This document shows, in pieces, positions 7,039 through 7,257 of a stretch of DNA of 7,257 nt (positions are counted from its first letter, which is position 1; each line of letters starts with the position of its first letter). Location: IMG/VR virus record IMGVR_UViG_2698536379_000025; one strand, 5' to 3'. Source of the stretch: a virus. Taxonomy: Duplodnaviria; Heunggongvirae; Uroviricota; Caudoviricetes. Under the pieces are notes generated by a model. It was not told the origin of the DNA, made no database searches, and was given only the letters and a program-made list of their open reading frames with translations. The translations under genes and the position numbers were made by a program.

Positions 7039-7257
7039 ATGTTTCATTGTCCTTTATGCCAGCATGCCGCACATGCGCGTACAAGCCGCTATATCACTGA
7101 CACGACAAAAGAGCGTTATCACCAGTGTCAGAACGTGAATTGCAGCGCCACGTTCATCACTTATGAGTCGGTACAGCGATACATCGTGAAGCCGGGAGAA
7201 GTCCACGCCGTAAGACCGCACCCGTTGCCGTCAGGGCAGCAAATTATGTGGATGTAA
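7039..7257 (+). CDS. ogr: Late gene transcriptional activator Ogr (zinc-finger, Ogr/Delta family)
   Basis: 72-aa product MFHCPLCQHAAHARTSRYITDTTKERYHQCQNVNCSATF... with Cys-X2-Cys...Cys-X4-Cys zinc-binding pattern. Shine-Dalgarno GGAAGAGG lies 8 nt before the ATG at 7039. The track ORF from 6970 is an in-frame upstream extension that is probably not translated. Confidence 0.9.
   Translation: MFHCPLCQHAAHARTSRYITDTTKERYHQCQNVNCSATFITYESVQRYIVKPGEVHAVRPHPLPSGQQIMWM

Noticed and set aside
1-7257. CRISPR arrays, tRNA or rRNA genes, insertion-sequence ends
   Set aside because: No evenly spaced direct repeats, no cloverleaf-like segments, and no terminal inverted repeats flanking a transposase-like ORF were seen. 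The only recombinase is the serine invertase, which is a phage component rather than an insertion-sequence transposase.

Overview
The window is a contiguous, same-strand late-gene block of a P2-like (Peduovirus-type) temperate phage or prophage, probably in an enterobacterial host (codon usage and GC content suggest this; inference). Left to right: a Gin/Pin/Cin/Hin-family serine DNA invertase (1-594), tail sheath FI (654-1844), tail tube FII (1857-2375), tail assembly chaperone E with its -1 frameshift extension E+E' (2433-2708 / 2433-2860), tape measure T (2853-5300), tail proteins U (5315-5794) and D (5794-6957), and the zinc-finger late activator Ogr (7039-7257). Product lengths (396, 172, 91/142, 815, 159, 387, 72 aa) match what I recall for phage P2; I could not run any search, so these are calls by recognition. 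Genes are tightly packed or overlapping with Shine-Dalgarno motifs, and the minus-strand ORFs on the track are antisense artefacts. I find no evidence of an undescribed system in this window: all coding capacity is explained by the tail module. The points worth a second look are the invertase at the G-FI junction (where P2 carries Z/fun), which predicts an invertible tail-fibre segment just upstream and off-window; the E/E' slippery site; a perfect palindrome between FII and E; the ogr promoter and start-codon choice; and a lysine-rich segment in gpD.
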